From positions 11,160,001-11,224,000 of the forward strand of contig NC_135259.1 in the NCBI RefSeq assembly GCF_964204865.1: 64,000 nt of DNA, written 5' to 3'. This document shows, one piece after another, positions 1 to 13,131 of this stretch (position 1 is the stretch's first letter; each line of letters starts with the position of its first letter). A model generated the notes under the pieces. It worked only from the letters and a program-made list of their open reading frames with translations. It did not search any database and had not been told where the DNA came from. The position numbers and the translations under genes are program-made. Source of the stretch: Styela clava. Lineage: Eukaryota.

Positions 1-1380
1 AGAATGAACTTTCTGTCGATGCGAAATGTGTAATTAATAAACGAAACGAAAAGCAGTAATTAGGAACAATCAGATGTGTTTCATTTTTCGGATAGCTTCA
101 AATCGTGGTTTGCTTAAAAAATTTCTCTTCGAAAATCTTATTGTTTCTATTTCAGTGGTGCATTTATTGCAAACATATTCCGGAACTCAGAGCGGTGGGA
201 TTGTGCAGATAACAAGACTTGGAAGTGATAATAATCACTGACATATTTTGACAAAAACGTCGAGATCGCTTACGATATTCCAAATCTGGAACCCAAAGTC
301 AACGAGAGTTAAAGCGTAAATCATCAACCTAACACAACACTTCAAAATTATTTCCTCTTGACAGAAAGCTTGATTGAAAATGTGAATTGTTTTTTCATTA
401 TCAACCGAATGATGTAAGGAATTTGAACCAGTACTTTTTGAATGTTGAACCTATTTGACATAAACCGATGTGAAGTAGAAATTCCAAGCGTACTTGAGCA
501 AGAAAACTCAAACGTACTCGATCAATTACTTGGGTTTCTCTTGAAATATCTATGTAATCATTTCAGTTGGTTACATAAATACGAATTTAATACGTGACTT
601 ACGATAGCCAATTATGACTACTGAGTTTATTATGCGGATCAACGTGTTTTGTAATTCATTTGAGACAATGATAAAGCATTTATTTTTTCACATTTCTGCG
701 AGATTCATAAGTATAGCCGCTGGTCGGCAACACGTCTTTTATTTATGACGCATTTTTATCAATTTATCTTTATGATTATATTTAATCGATTTTGTTAATA
801 TAAAAACACATTGTAATTGTTTATCTTTTCATTAAATCGAAACGTTCCGTTCCAGCAACTTCTCAAATTGACGCAAATGTCAAAGACATCACTGCGGTTT
901 TAAGCTGGAAGTCGGAAAATTATTGATATGAATTGAACTTTTATAAGTTCATCATTATTACGCCATTTAATTATGGCAGCAAAAATTTCGTCCGGAGATT
1001 CGGGGAACATACGTAGTAGGTAGCAACTCCAGACAACTAGCTATAATCTGCTGACATTTTTGGTAATTAGATATACTTATTTTACAGCAGGGTAATTTTG
1101 GAATTTTACTTGCCACCCGTTAGTTGAGGTTATTTTTAACGATCGTATATTCTAAAAGAAGACAAAAAGGACTATATCTGAGGAGATGACATATTAAATT
1201 AACTGCTATATTTTTCAAAAAAATCACGCATATCCTCAAATGTTGCTATATATTAGAGCGAGTTAGTTGGAGGTACCAGGTATTAGCTATTGCACGGTAG
1301 GAAAACCTATTTTATCATAGATTTACCGACACAGTTTGAGGACTACCTACGGCCATTGAAACGAGATAGCAATGCTCAAA

Positions 1381-1710
1381 TATATGAACACGAAAGCCAA
1401 AACAAAATGGTATCAAATCTATTACAGTACCGGTAGTCTGATCACCCGATCACCGAGATGTGATCACGGAACCACGGCACCCAATTTTTAATGACGTCAT
1501 CACACAAAACTTTGAAGTGAAAACGAATCTCATAGAGCCCACATCCATTTTTAAATAAACTGAAAACCTTATTTAATTGCCTTCTAGAGTCAACAAACTT
1601 CAACCACTGGAAATTTTATTGGTCCAGTAGTTGAAGATAATAGCACAAAAATAAAAAAAATTTCACAACGTAATAACAAAACGTGCTATAGGCCCACTTC
1701 GTTTCCAATA
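1381..1710. mobile_element. MITE-like dispersed repeat with TA(T)TGGACACGAA-type terminal inverted repeats
   Basis: Begins TATATGAACACGAAAG and ends CTTCGTTTCCAATA. Internal sequence is shared with 25548-25838. Related ends or fragments lie at ~38955-39465, 44605-44790 and 59380-59751. Confidence 0.6.
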
Positions 1711-2159
1711 AAAGAACATAAGGAATAGTGTTCGTTCACTGCAGTTCTTCGCGATACAAGCATATGGTATAGTTTACTATGACGGCAGCTTGCTTGATTT
1801 CCAAAAAACATCGTTAATATAAGCACTAAATGCCTACACGAACCATGGCCATATGACATTCAATCATTAACAATTGTTTTTAGTCGTTTACAACATTCAG
1901 AATAATGCCTAACATTTTGTAGTTATTTTACCATAAAAAGGCAATAATATAGTGGCGGCTCTGTACTTCAGTCAAGAATATCGAATTCCGACACTTTGTT
2001 CACATTGTAATCACTGGAAGAGGGCGGAAACATCTTGTGATCTGCACAGGTTACATGAATAGCTTCGTCCATATGTGTTGGCAATTTTACATGCTCACCT
2101 CATTAGTTCTTGCAATACTACATCGATGACATATAATTACTGCTCTGCAACAAGCATAA

Positions 2160-5100
2160 ATGTTCAAATATTGTATTTTTCTTTTGTTATTATGTATAAT
2201 CGAACGCGTGATCAACACGAAGGCTGCATGTAGGCAAGGTAAGAATCTTGAATATCAGTTAAGACAAGAAAATGACAAAATAATCATTAATATCCTATTT
2301 CGCGCCAAAAAAGTGTCATAGTATGGATGATATGGATGTCCACACATAAACTAGGCTTGTCAGTATGAGTAATATTGGAAGGCATGATTTTAAAACGTAA
2401 GACAATATAGTTGTAGAATACAGACTTTAAACTTCTAATGATTCTTTCCGTTGAAGTCAACATCTATAAGTAATTTGAAGTCTCATGTCGTGAATATATG
2501 TGAAAATTTCAAGTATATACATCTTATTTGCAATGCCCATTGGCGATAAGAAGAGTGTTGTCAAAAGTTTTTTCTTGTACTTCTTTGTTTGTATGTGATT
2601 GATTCTCCATATACTTCACCTAAATTGTATTCTTCGAATTATACTATACAATGCTCCCACGAATTGCTAACACGTCATACAAGAAATTATGAACTATTTT
2701 TAAATGAAGAATTTTCTCAATGGAGTTCATGGTCCTCGTGTAGTTCAACGTGTGGTTATGGACACGAATCTCGAAAGAGGACAAAGTGCAATCCTTATAC
2801 TGCTTCCACTGGTGCGGAAAATGAACAACGATTCTGCATGCTACGCTTTTGTCCTAGTAAGTATATGGAATTATGTATATTATTCATTCTAAGAAAGAAA
2901 TCATATATTGACAAATATTTTCTGCATCAGTATGTTTTCCGCTTTGTTTTAAGATGATGTCAAATAACATTTCGCAAAAAAAAAAACATAGAAAATAAGG
3001 CAATGTGTGCAAATTCATAGGTTTAGAGTAGAAGTTTGATAAGAATTTCTTTTGTTTTAGGTACACACACGTTATTCGAGATGTAGAAAAATTCTTTAGT
3101 TCATTACACCAAATTTAAAAAGCTATTTTTCATACTTGTTTAAATTCCTATTTATTATTGAATTAGTTTATCAATTTCTAATATATATATATTTGATTCA
3201 CAAAATTCAGGCTATTTGACTTGGCCGCGATTGCATTTTTACGGGAAGTTGATTGCAGACGTCAGTACAAGGAACAATATACGATGCAATTACGATACCA
3301 AACATTTTGTAACTGCATTTGGATCAAGATCCGTGAGTCCCTCCATTATTTTAATAGTTATTCGAAAGTGGGCTAGTCCAAAGTGGACCTATGAAGCGTT
3401 TGTTAATATGTTGTTGTTGTTCGTATGCTTCTTTTCTTGATGTTGTTGTTGTTAAAAGAACGTTTTCTCTTTAATTACGGACCATTTGCTTTGCTTTTCA
3501 GTGGTTAAAGATTGTTGTTGTCTCCAGGGGGTCAATATTTTTATTTATTTCGAAAATTTCTGCGGGCTCTACGAGATTTGTTGTTTTCATGTGATGACGT
3601 CATTAAAATGAAAATGTACGCACCTTGTGGCGGTTCCGCGTTTGCTGAGATTTGGTGGTCAGTCGATGTCGGAAAGACTGCGGTACTGTACCGGAACTGT
3701 AAAGATTGGATACCCGTACTACCTTATTTGACATACGTGTCCATATGTTTGAGCATAACTCTCTTGTATTAATGAGTAGCAGCTCAGCATCCTAATCCAT
3801 TACAGTCTAAGGAAGTAAAAACCTTTTCAAGCAAAAAGTTACTGGCTCATATGCAAAAAACCTTGTAAATAGAAGTATATTCAAAGACATCACATTCATG
3901 AGAAGCTCGCAACCCGTTGAAATTGCAGAACTGAAAAAAATATTCCTTTCAGTGTAATATCGGGAGGGAAGATTATTCAAATCAATCGTTTATCAATCAC
4001 AATATTATTGCTTGTCTATATAGTTAGGTTTATTTGTCGCTATAACATTTTTCAGATTTATATCTATCTGCGAAAGCACAATTTCATTTTAGCATCAAAA
4101 GCTATTGAACAAATATTCGATTTCTGCAGTTTTACTGCTTTACAGTTTATGCTATATTCCAGGACCATAACTGGAACCCAGACGGAAGTGGAAATTTTTA
4201 CTTCGCAGATACGACGGTCACTTCATTATGCACAGCACCAGGGACTTGCTCCACATCAGCTCATATAGTTTCATCGTCTCTGCGAGGTAAGGAATGCATA
4301 TCGTTTAATTACTACCATTGTGCAAAGTAAGTAATGCTTGACTGTGCAATGGTACGAACATATATAAATCGTAGAAAACAGATGGAGAACCTATTGTCCT
4401 TGGTTTGCGTAATTCTTCTGATTTTGTGTGTGAGTATGTATATATATAGCATTTACGCTGAATTTTATGTTAATGTAATAGTTGAAACGTGATCATAATA
4501 ACTCATATTTAATCTGCGTTTTGATGAGAAAAAATAAGCGAAAGCAAAAATGCGATCGTTTAAAATGAACGCTATTTTATCAAAAATTGATTGAGTATTG
4601 TAGCCTGTTAACCCATTATGCGTTGTTCGTGTCATATTAGTTATCTTCTTTCAGAAAAATCAAGAGCATCTCTTGTCGATGTCGATACAGATTGGCAGCG
4701 TATATGTGAAATATGGGGTTTACATATTGTGATATCAGGCATTCTTGAAGCAAAATATACCAGAATATCGATGGGGAAAATGAGAAGTAGAACGAAAAAA
4801 GTTGATGGAGACGCAGCTAGTAGCGTTAATTTCAAAACGTTAGTTTTGTTCATTGCATGTTTTGAACTTTTTGATTCAATTTTGTAATAATTAATCACGT
4901 AATTACTTACAGATACAGATATAATTTACTTTACAAAAATATTCATCGTTTTTGTCACACCTAACCTCACCATGATAATTATGATTACCTTTATACAGTA
5001 AACTGACCAACATCAAATGGCTGAATAACTACTACAAAAACATGTTTTACAATGCTTCCGAATTGTCGATGTCATTTGTTTTTGATCTGTATCAATTCAA

Positions 5101-8100
5101 AGATAAATCAGGACGGATTTCAGGAACGATTGGTATAACTGTTTTGCATTCTATACAGAAGAAACCATTGGTCAGCAAATTAAGCTTTCATTATTAATGC
5201 TGTATGAATATATAGCAGTAGGTCAAGAGGAGCAGGACTTCCATCCAAGTTTTCAATTTGCATTGGCCTGATTCTATACCATCTCTTCTGAGTACCTATA
5301 CACTTTCGTTTCCGCTCAGTGGTAATTGCTAATGTCCAATTTTTGTACCATTATATCTATATTTTTAACTCATCTAAAGTGACTCGGGTACTTGAGATTG
5401 GGCTATAGTGGAAATAGGTAAGGTATGCCTCTGCGTGTAAATGGGCCAGCTATTAACCATAATTTATATTACTAAACCTATGCACGTTATCTCTTAAAGT
5501 GTTTACATTCTTCAATGCAAAATTAAGGAATGACATCTTTAGACGACCCACTTCAAACAGTAGCTACAAGAGTTATGAGGGCAGATGGTTGGAAAAAAGT
5601 TGGGTTTGCACCGTTTGTCGTACATTACGATAAGAAATACTTGGTCTTAGATATATCGAATTCTATAGAATGTGAGGAAAATGGAAAATTTGGACCTGTT
5701 AAAAACCTCGACTTAGCTGTAAGGGTAAAACTGAAAGAATATTGCAAGTAAGTTTATAATATTTGATTAAATTCTATGATAATAAACCGGTCAAATCAAT
5801 TGATGCAACCGAAAAATACTTACTCTTCGCTGTAACGTGTTTTAGATTAAACTTTTCTCCGTATGAATGGACCAATCCATTTCAAATTTAAAGATGGAAG
5901 AGGTTGAAGAAAGACTTTAACTTTTCTCCATATTTTTTGTTATTATTTTGAGTGATTTTAGACTCGACATTTCACTTCAAATTTTTCTGTTCTGGCTCAT
6001 ATTACAGCGCCATGGACGAATCTAGTTCTCAGATAAGGCCTTGTCGATACCGATGTGATTAAATACAAAATAAATCGAACAAAAATTACAAAATAAAACA
6101 GAATAATTTTTAACATTTTTTGCAACAGATATTACTGGCATATAAAGAGATGTTGGTCGCCATATAACTCTGACAGTGAAATAATCATATATTTAACAAA
6201 GAATGGGGAAATTTCAAAACGAATAAACTCAGGTCAGGATTGGTATGAAACATTTGCTGGAATAATGGACATTAGTTTGATGAATGTGGATGCGAAGATG
6301 ATGGAAATTCTAAAATATAATCAATTAATGTTAGTTGAGAGGAGCAATACGAAGAAGAGGTACTTACATATTTGTTATTTTGCATCGGGCAATTAAGTTG
6401 TGTATGTGACGTGTAATCAGTCGTCTTTTCAAATTTTATTTGGGTGATAAAATATAAAATCATTCGATAAACTAACATTTAATACTATGTACTTTATGTA
6501 CTTTATAAATATATACACAAATATATTTTAATCATAATAATCATAATATGTTCTTATGATCGAATTATTAATTTTGTCTCATAACACACGGATCTTTCCG
6601 GATTGTTTTGCGGGAATCTGAGTTTGGTTTGCATGTCGGACCAGTAGAAAGAGCTGTCTTCAGACTCAATGTCGGCCAAAGTGAAACTTTGAAACTATTT
6701 GTCAGTAAGTTTGGTGCTCCATCCCCGTCAATAAATGTAGAAATGAATACTTTTACATACTTCAATGAAGACGGCGATAACTGCCCATTCTATTGCAACA
6801 GGTTCGTATCCTCAATATGTCCAAAATAAAGTATCATTCAGAATCTGCTTCATCTCTCTTTATCCTCAGGTTTGCATGAAATAATTATACTTACTCATCA
6901 AAGTTTAAGAATATTTTTTATTAATACCATGATCGTATTTGAACAATTTTAAGCTGAAACGAAAAAAAAAAACACAATATAAAACTGCAGACTTATTTGG
7001 AGTGTTTGTTGTTCGATTGAATATATTAAAATGTAATTATCATAGAAAATGTTCACTATATTATGAATATAATGTTAACTTCGTATTCAGAACTATTGGG
7101 TGGCCTAAGGAAGTTTTATCAATACAATCATTGCATGAAGCACCGTTGACAAACAGCGCGGGAATAGTCAACTTCGTTTTGGAAGCTGTTCAAAATCCGC
7201 GCTTTCCTCGACGTTGTGGACTCGATGGCCAGGTGTACCCGATTCAAATTCTTATCAGGTGAGAAATATGAATAGTACAATCGATCTTTTTGATCAAAAA
7301 CCTTAGTTCATTGGCAAAAAAATAGTGTTTAAATGTATGATGCAATGCAATCAATTATTATTTATTCAACAAAACATCAAGAACAACTTCTCAGCCGACC
7401 GATTCATATCTGTCCATTCTATCTATGTTCGATCATCAATTACGGACTCTGTAGTATGTAATCGTGACCTCAAACATTAGTTAGATAGATCTTCGCCGTT
7501 AGTGGCGATCAAAAGTTGTCCCAACTTTTAAATTTAATGTGTTAGTAATGGCTTCGACCTTATGGCAATATTGTCATTTCTGTAGCAACCTTTTTTTTAT
7601 GCCACCCAGTAAATGTGATAATTATTTGCACATTATAAAATATGATCTAAACAGACAATAAGTAAAGTAAGTTATCATTTAACAAACACGTTGTTAATAT
7701 TTATTTTGTTTCTGTTTAACAGAAGATTTGTTATCATCAACTAGATCAAACAATTTTTTAAATGTTTAGAACTAAAATGATTCCACTTTTACTTTATCTA
7801 AGATCCCCGAGTACTGTTGTTGTGCCCCAAATTTTACTTATTTTGAAAATTGTGGCACCACGGGGATTGCATTCTAATAAATTAAGGCAATTTGGTGGTA
7901 AATCCAAGATGTGGAAGGTAATGCACTTGTTTGTGTTAAAATCGTTAACAAAACAGAATATATTACTCTTACTTCCAGGTACAAGTCTAAGTCTAAGTCA
8001 TATGTGTTTGAAGAAGGCGCCAGACCAGGGAATTTATTTCCAAACATTGACTTTACGAGTTTTCCTATAGCTACTCTTGTGTTCGGTGAAGTTGAAAACA

Positions 8101-11100
8101 TAGACTGCCCAATATGGGAAGATGTCAAAGGTACATTTTAAAATATAGCTAGATAATATATGTTGTATTTTCTTGTTCGGAAAAGAAAGAGAGGATTTGG
8201 TTTATTCATTATAGAATATATTTTATAAATATTTTTAATTTCAGATATTTTCCAGCTTTACTATAACTTATATCCAGTAATGTGGAAAAACAACATAATC
8301 GACATGAATTCGTTCGAAGACGTTAAAAGTAAAGCCCATATGCTCAAAATGTCGATGTTTGAATTTGATATGGAAAATTCACGGTATTGGTATAAATGGC
8401 ATTGTTTTAAAGTAATAAGTATGATTATAGTACAACAGTCGTTTTCTCATATTAAAAGAGAAATATGGCATATTGATTTTAGTAGTACTGGCAAATTAAG
8501 CAGGTCCAAAAATATTATTTTTGAAGCGAGATTTCTGTGACAGTCTACAAATATCACTGATAAATTTCAGATACATGCCAAGACAACGGGATTTGTCATA
8601 TAGCAAAAGACGTCTTGTATGGAATTGGATGAAATGTGGAATGAGGAAAGGATCACTCAGTATAAGAGAAGGTAAATAGTACATTTAATATAAATCATAG
8701 GAAAGAAAAAAAATTTTTTTTCCGGTAAAAACCCAATGGAATTAAAAAGCAAGCCATAATTTTTTAATAATGTTTACTCATTGTTGAATGTTCCAATAAT
8801 TTTATTTTTTGCCGTCACCTTTAAGTGAAAATGAAGATGGATGTAACATACATTTTCATCTTATGTAGAACGTTACACAAATTTCGATGATATATATTTC
8901 ATTTTACATGAAGCAAAATAGCAATACAAAAAGGGCATTCATTATTGTACAAGTATGATGTATGTCGGAAATATCGAATTGTCAACTTTTTATTTCTAAC
9001 AATAAAACGTGGTACAAATTAGGTTAAGATGAATTTGAGATTTACCTCAAAATTCGAATTGTGCACCAGTCATCCTTAATTAATGTTAAGGGACCTTATA
9101 AAAACGTGAGTATGAGATCTTTCTTGTTAACACGTCTAAACATTTTTTTTGGTGACTATTGGACAATGATATCATTCAATTTACAACAGGATTTACCGGT
9201 ATGTATATAGATTTTGTTTGTTTATAAACTTTCAAACATGACATTGTTTGAAACTCTAAATACATATAGACAAATTTTTACCCAACAGAACGGACAATGA
9301 ATCTGTGTACTGGGGCGTCACTGCGAAAGAAAGTGGAAGAACTGAAACAAGACATTCAAAACGCAATTTTTGCAGAAATCTCGGTTATACCCCCGTATCT
9401 AACGGCATGGTTAAGTATAAAATGGAGTCGAGGTAGAAACAGAGAAGTTGCAGACATTCTGAAGGAAATACTACATGACGAAATGAGACATATGACGCTT
9501 GCTACTAATATTTTGAATTCGGTAAAATTAATATGAATCATATACTATGCTGCTAAGTAGTAGAAAGTGCCGGAACGTTTTTATTGTGTCGGAGGATTCT
9601 AGTAATTATTAATGTTAGTGTGATGCAGGGAGTCGCATTTGAGAACAACTTTTTTTTATTACCGTACGGTAATAGAACAATTACTATGATTGTATTTTAT
9701 TTGTAGTCGAATTTAATATATGTGGTATTAAATCGTAACATTTTTAGATCGGCGGAAAACCTGATTTCACAACAACCCCCCCTGCTTATCCTTCTACAAT
9801 AGGTATGGGAAGTTTCTATGGCCTTGATAAGGGGCATGTTCTTTCTCTCGGTCCTGTATCAATTGGTAGAATCAATGATGTGTTTTCCAGAATTGAGCAA
9901 CCGGCCAACGACAATGGAAAAGAGGTAATGAATAAATACTTCTTCAATTAAACCGCGGAAAGAGACACTATTCCTTCGAGAAAGTCAAAGTAAAATCACT
10001 TAATCACTCTGTTTGTGTTAATAGAAGTGGGCGCGCACGCTATTTGGAAATATGGTGCATGCATCCGATCCTGTACGGACATGTTAAATCAGGTCCACGA
10101 CTTTCAAGCCATATAGTGACAATTAAATTTTTTCGCGCACTTATGTTCTACACCTATTAGAACTCAAAATCGTAACAAATGTAAGTAGGTAACTGAGCAA
10201 TTCGCGTAAAGCTTACCGAGAATATTATTCAAATCACTTTTTTCAATCCTTAGCTGATGTCGTTCTTCGTCATTTTATGGAAAGTAGTATTGGCAGTTGA
10301 AAAGTACGAAGTGATGGAGTCAACAACAGAAAAAACTTTATTACAGGCCGTCAGAAAGTTGCACCAACATACGAACAAACCAAAATCAAATAAAACGTAC
10401 ATCTTTGAAAATCAGATGTGGCAAAGAATGAAAACCAAACAACAGAAGATAACTCATATTTGGCGGTTGATTAAAAAGTTTACTGGCGACAAACTGTTGG
10501 ATATTGCGAAACAAGAAATGCACACTATTGGTGGCTTTTACGCTAAATTAGCTCTCAAACTTGCTAACGTGGAGGCTTGCGTTAAACTTCAAAAACAAGA
10601 AAGTGGCGGAAACTCGTATTCTAAAAATAGGATTCGTGATCGAACAATATTCATAGGGAATTCTGCTAGGCAGCTAAAATCAAAACATTGGTACAAACGC
10701 CCATCCACAAATACGGAAATAGATTGCACGGCTGAAAAAATATCACGCACTATGGGTAATTTTCCACCTCCTGACAGCGCTCATGGTAGAGAAGCACTCT
10801 GGAGATTTGCGAGAAAAGAAAACAGGTCAATGAGCGAGAATAGCAATGAAAACTGTGGTTCCGTAAATGATCTGGAGAAAGCACCTACTACAATTTTTGA
10901 AGTTACCAGTCTTTCATCTGCCCTTCGTTCTCTAATAGAGATAGTTTACGAAGGGGGAGGGGGTTCCGCTTGCTCACCTTATGAAGAATTATATGGAAAC
11001 GACTCAACAGTTTTATCTCATTTTTATCGTTTTCAAGAAATAGTACATGGTCGCAAACTTATAAAAGTTCCTCGGGATAAAGTTTTGCCAACTTACCAAT

Positions 11101-11480
11101 GTGTTAACATGTCAAGATGGTGTGCTAATTTTCACAGCCAATGGAGGTATTGTTACGCTGGAGATCGTATAACATTTTATGAAGATGGCGTTTGGTCAAT
11201 TTCTTCGGAAAGTAAATTCAATCCATATGTTTCTGGTACCTACGTACAGAGACTTGACTGGCAGTTTTCGTTGATTTATTCGAGATTATTACGATGCTTG
11301 GAGAAAGTCTTTAATGGCAATCCTGACCAAATTAAAATTTGCATGGTGGAAATGTACGAGTTAACGATGGTTGGTAGAGAACTAGTTGCAACAAATATTC
11401 AACATACGAATAACACCGACGGGCAGTCTGTAGCAACACACAAACGGGGTTGTCCTACATTTTACTATATTTCCGACTAG
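2160..11480 (+). CDS. Secreted TSP1-domain + VioB/RebD/StaD-like (iminophenylpyruvate dimer synthase-like) protein with C-terminal ferritin-like domain; 16 coding exons, ~1215 aa
   Basis: Phase-consistent exons: 2160-2238, 2710-2856, 3211-3332, 4163-4286, 4655-4838, 4999-5132, 5528-5747, 6129-6359, 6592-6801, 7091-7258, 7979-8130, 8245-8383, 8571-8671, 9289-9521, 9748-9924, 10254-11480 (3648 nt). Signal peptide MFKYCIFLLLLCII and TSP1 WSSWSSCSSTCGYGHESRKRTKC. Motifs I recognise from VioB-like proteins occur in order: WPRLHFYG..ADVSTRNN, WNPDGSGNF, LVDVDTDWQ..EIWGL, GRISGTIG, LDGQVY, PIWEDV..IF..Y..LYPVM, YMPRQRDLS. Ferritin-like motifs: AIFAEISVIPPYLTA, DEMRHMTLATNILNSIGGKP, IVYEGGG, SHFYRFQEI. 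The exon 9 acceptor is non-canonical (GG). Confidence 0.8.
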
Positions 11481-13131
11481 TTCTAATTAAGTAATACATT
11501 AGATACTGTGAATTAGCTACATTAGTAAAAAAGCATTTCAACCAACTTTTTGATTGTATGTCATTCATAAAGCAAAGAGAGTAATAAAATCTAGTACATA
11601 CTGTATCTGTTCCTTAAGAGAAGATCATTATGACGATTTCTATTGTTTGCATATCTAGCGATAGCGATGCGATGTCTAGCAATTCAAATTGCACGTTCTT
11701 TATTTAATATCTATGAAGGTAAATTACAATAATTAAATTGTTTTGTTGTTCGTATTTTATAGGCAAAAATTTAACTTGCAAAATATAGTGGGCAAATCGC
11801 GACAAATGACACTGTAAAATATTTTGAATATTATATATATATATAGATGTATTAAAATGATATCATAAATGAAACATACTCTGACGACCAACCATTTTGA
11901 ACAACTGGTGATTTGATTTAAATTGTCAATGCCAATAAATGTGTCTAGAATACTAAGTAATTTCGATTCTTGAGCAATTCAAAATGGTGCTTTTCCGTAT
12001 AATGGATGACAGACAGTATTGGTATTTGAGGAAGCAATCGAAGTTTTGATCACCGCCCAGTCAACTAAAAGTTTACGGTACAATGCCTCAAGGTAAATAA
12101 CCAGATAAAGTTTTGCCAACTTACCAATGTGTTAACATGTCAAGATGGTGTGCTAATTTTCACAGCCAATGGAGGTATTGTTACGCTGGAGATCGTATAA
12201 CATTTTATGAAGATGGCGTTTGGTCAATTTCTTCGGAAAGTTAATTCAATCCATATGTTTCTGGTACCTACGTACAGAGACTTGACTGGCAGTTTTCGTT
12301 GATTTATTCGAGATTATTACGATGCTTGGAGAAAGTCTTTAATGGCAATCCTGACCAAATTAAAATTTGCATGGTGGAAATGTACGAGTTAACGATGGTT
12401 GGTAGAGAACTAGTTGCAACAAATATTCAACATACGAATAACACCGACGGGCAGTCTGTAGCAACACACAAACGGGGTTGTCCTACATTTTACTATATTT
12501 CCGACTAGTTCTAATTAAGTAATACATTAGATACTGTGAATTAGCTACATTAGTAAAAAAGCATTTCAACCAACTTTTTGATTGTATGTCATTCATAAAG
12601 CAAAGAGAGTAATAAAATCTAGTACATACTGTATCTGTTCCTTAAGAGAAGATCATTATGACGATTTCTATTGTTTGCATATCTAGCGATAGCGATGCGA
12701 TGTCTAGCAATTCAAATTGCACGTTCTTTATTTAATATCTATGAAGGTAAATTACAATAATTAAATTGTTTTGTTGTTCGTATTTTATAGGCAAAAATTT
12801 AACTTGCAAAATATAGTGGGCAAATCGCGACAAATGACACTGTAAAATATTTTGAATATTATATATATATATAGATGTATTAAAATGATATCATAAATGA
12901 AACATACTCTGACGACCAACCATTTTGAACAACTGGTGATTTGATTTAAATTGTCAATGCCAATAAATGTGTCTAGAATACTAAGTAATTTCGATTCTTG
13001 AGCAATTCAAAATGGTGCTTTTCCGTATAATGGATGACAGACAGTATTGGTATTTGAGGAAGCAATCGAAGTTTTGATCACCGCCCAGTCAACTAAAAGT
13101 TTACGGTACAATGCCTCAAGGTAAATAACCA
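11076..13131 (+). repeat. Head-to-tail tandem duplication, 1028-bp unit (11076-12103 and 12104-13131), covering the 3' coding end and 3' flank of the VioB-like gene
   Basis: The copies look identical by eye except AAA>TAA at 12242 in copy 2. ORF 12299-12508 repeats the C-terminus of ORF 10257-11480. Confidence 0.95.
12104..12508 (+). pseudogene. Duplicated, stop-containing fragment of the VioB-like gene's last exon
   Basis: Copy of 11076-11480 with an in-frame TAA at 12242-12244 and no 5' part. Confidence 0.8.

Noticed and set aside
1-312. Possible terminal exons of an upstream gene (acceptor TTTCAG ending at 155)
   Set aside because: All three frames give short unrecognisable peptides; cannot be assigned from this window.
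7762-7978. ORF 7762-8070 as an extra VioB-like exon
   Set aside because: The strong acceptor at 7978 joins exon 7091-7258 in the correct phase; the ORF is in another frame and has no family motifs.
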